From: a virus
Lineage: Duplodnaviria > Caudoviricetes
Virus record (IMG/VR): IMGVR_UViG_3300027872_000009
Span: 1-53,032 of that record
Direction: 5' to 3' (one strand)
DNA: 53,032 nucleotides
The position numbers and the translations under genes were made by a program. The notes beneath the pieces were generated by a model, which saw only the letters and a program-made list of their open reading frames with translations, was not told the origin of the DNA and ran no database searches. Below, one piece after another: positions 52,531-53,032 of the stretch (its first letter is position 1; every line of letters starts with the position of its first letter).

Positions 52531-53032
52531 CGTGACAAAGGTCATTGGAGTTGGTGTCGATCCTTCGGGGGCGCAGAAAGGCGCTCGCGTCGTCAAGTCC
52601 GAACTGCAAGGCATCGGTCGATCAGCCGACAAGGCCGAAAAGGAAATGAAGCAGATGGGGCGCGGTGGTGCCGCCTCATTGAAGCAAGTAGGGGCCAGCG
52701 CAAAGGCAACTCAAGCGAGCGTGACGGGCCTCACAACCTCTGTAAAGACCCTTGCAGTCACGTTTATATCTGTTGCAGCGGCGGCTCGCATCGTTAGCAG
52801 TTCGATCAATCAATCTTTGGATTTCTCGCGGGCAATCGGCGAGGTCGGTACGCTTGGTGCCGACATGGAAGGCACTGCTGCCAAGGCCCGCGAATTTGCA
52901 CAGGCGTTCGGCACCGACGCCACCCTTCAGGTCAAGGCGTTTTACCAGACGTTTTCGGCTGGTGCTTCCACACTGGCGGAAGCCACCCGGACCCTTGACG
53001 TGGCGAACAAGCTGGCAATCGGCGGCGCGACC
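52523..53032 (+). CDS. Tail tape measure protein, 5' part (continues at position 2)
   Basis: MADVTKVIGVGVDPSGA...; open to the window end and in frame with the ORF at the window start. Confidence 0.9.
   Translation, partial: MADVTKVIGVGVDPSGAQKGARVVKSELQGIGRSADKAEKEMKQMGRGGAASLKQVGASAKATQASVTGLTTSVKTLAVTFISVAAAARIVSSSINQSLDFSRAIGEVGTLGADMEGTAAKAREFAQAFGTDATLQVKAFYQTFSAGASTLAEATRTLDVANKLAIGGAT

Overview
The window is an apparently complete, circularly permuted genome of a long-tailed (siphovirus-like) phage. The unit length is about 52.9 kb: positions 1-145 overlap 52888-53032 inside the tape-measure gene. An alphaproteobacterial host is likely, given the GTA-type tail tip (DUF2460/DUF2163/J-like) and a GcrA-like gene. 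Gene order: tail tip and appendage genes (1-10.3 kb); lysis (holin, SAR endolysin, spanins); a leftward early operon (DUF2786, Gp157, Bet recombinase, DUF968); a small HTH regulator, ParB-like protein, GcrA-like protein and a replication initiator with iterons; a ParB/methyltransferase/glycosyltransferase/IbrAB-like cluster before terS-terL-portal; then a ~16-kb stretch between portal and scaffold; then scaffold, capsid, neck and tail tube genes. The 16-kb stretch holds large fibre-like proteins, a MuF-ADP-ribosyltransferase toxin with a small candidate immunity gene, a glycan-modification cassette and an inverted early-gene island. I recognised no integrase, CI-type repressor, tRNA, CRISPR array or reverse transcriptase. 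Best leads: (1) a tandem pair of structured RNA-like units at 40650-40814 with a possible Shine-Dalgarno-sequestering switch; (2) the downstream methyl/acetyl/glycosyl-transferase cassette inside the head region; (3) the IbrAB-linked modification cluster; (4) a 15-bp palindromic operator at six promoters; (5) a shared leader motif before the capsid and tail-tube genes. All family calls come from motif recognition by eye, not database searches.
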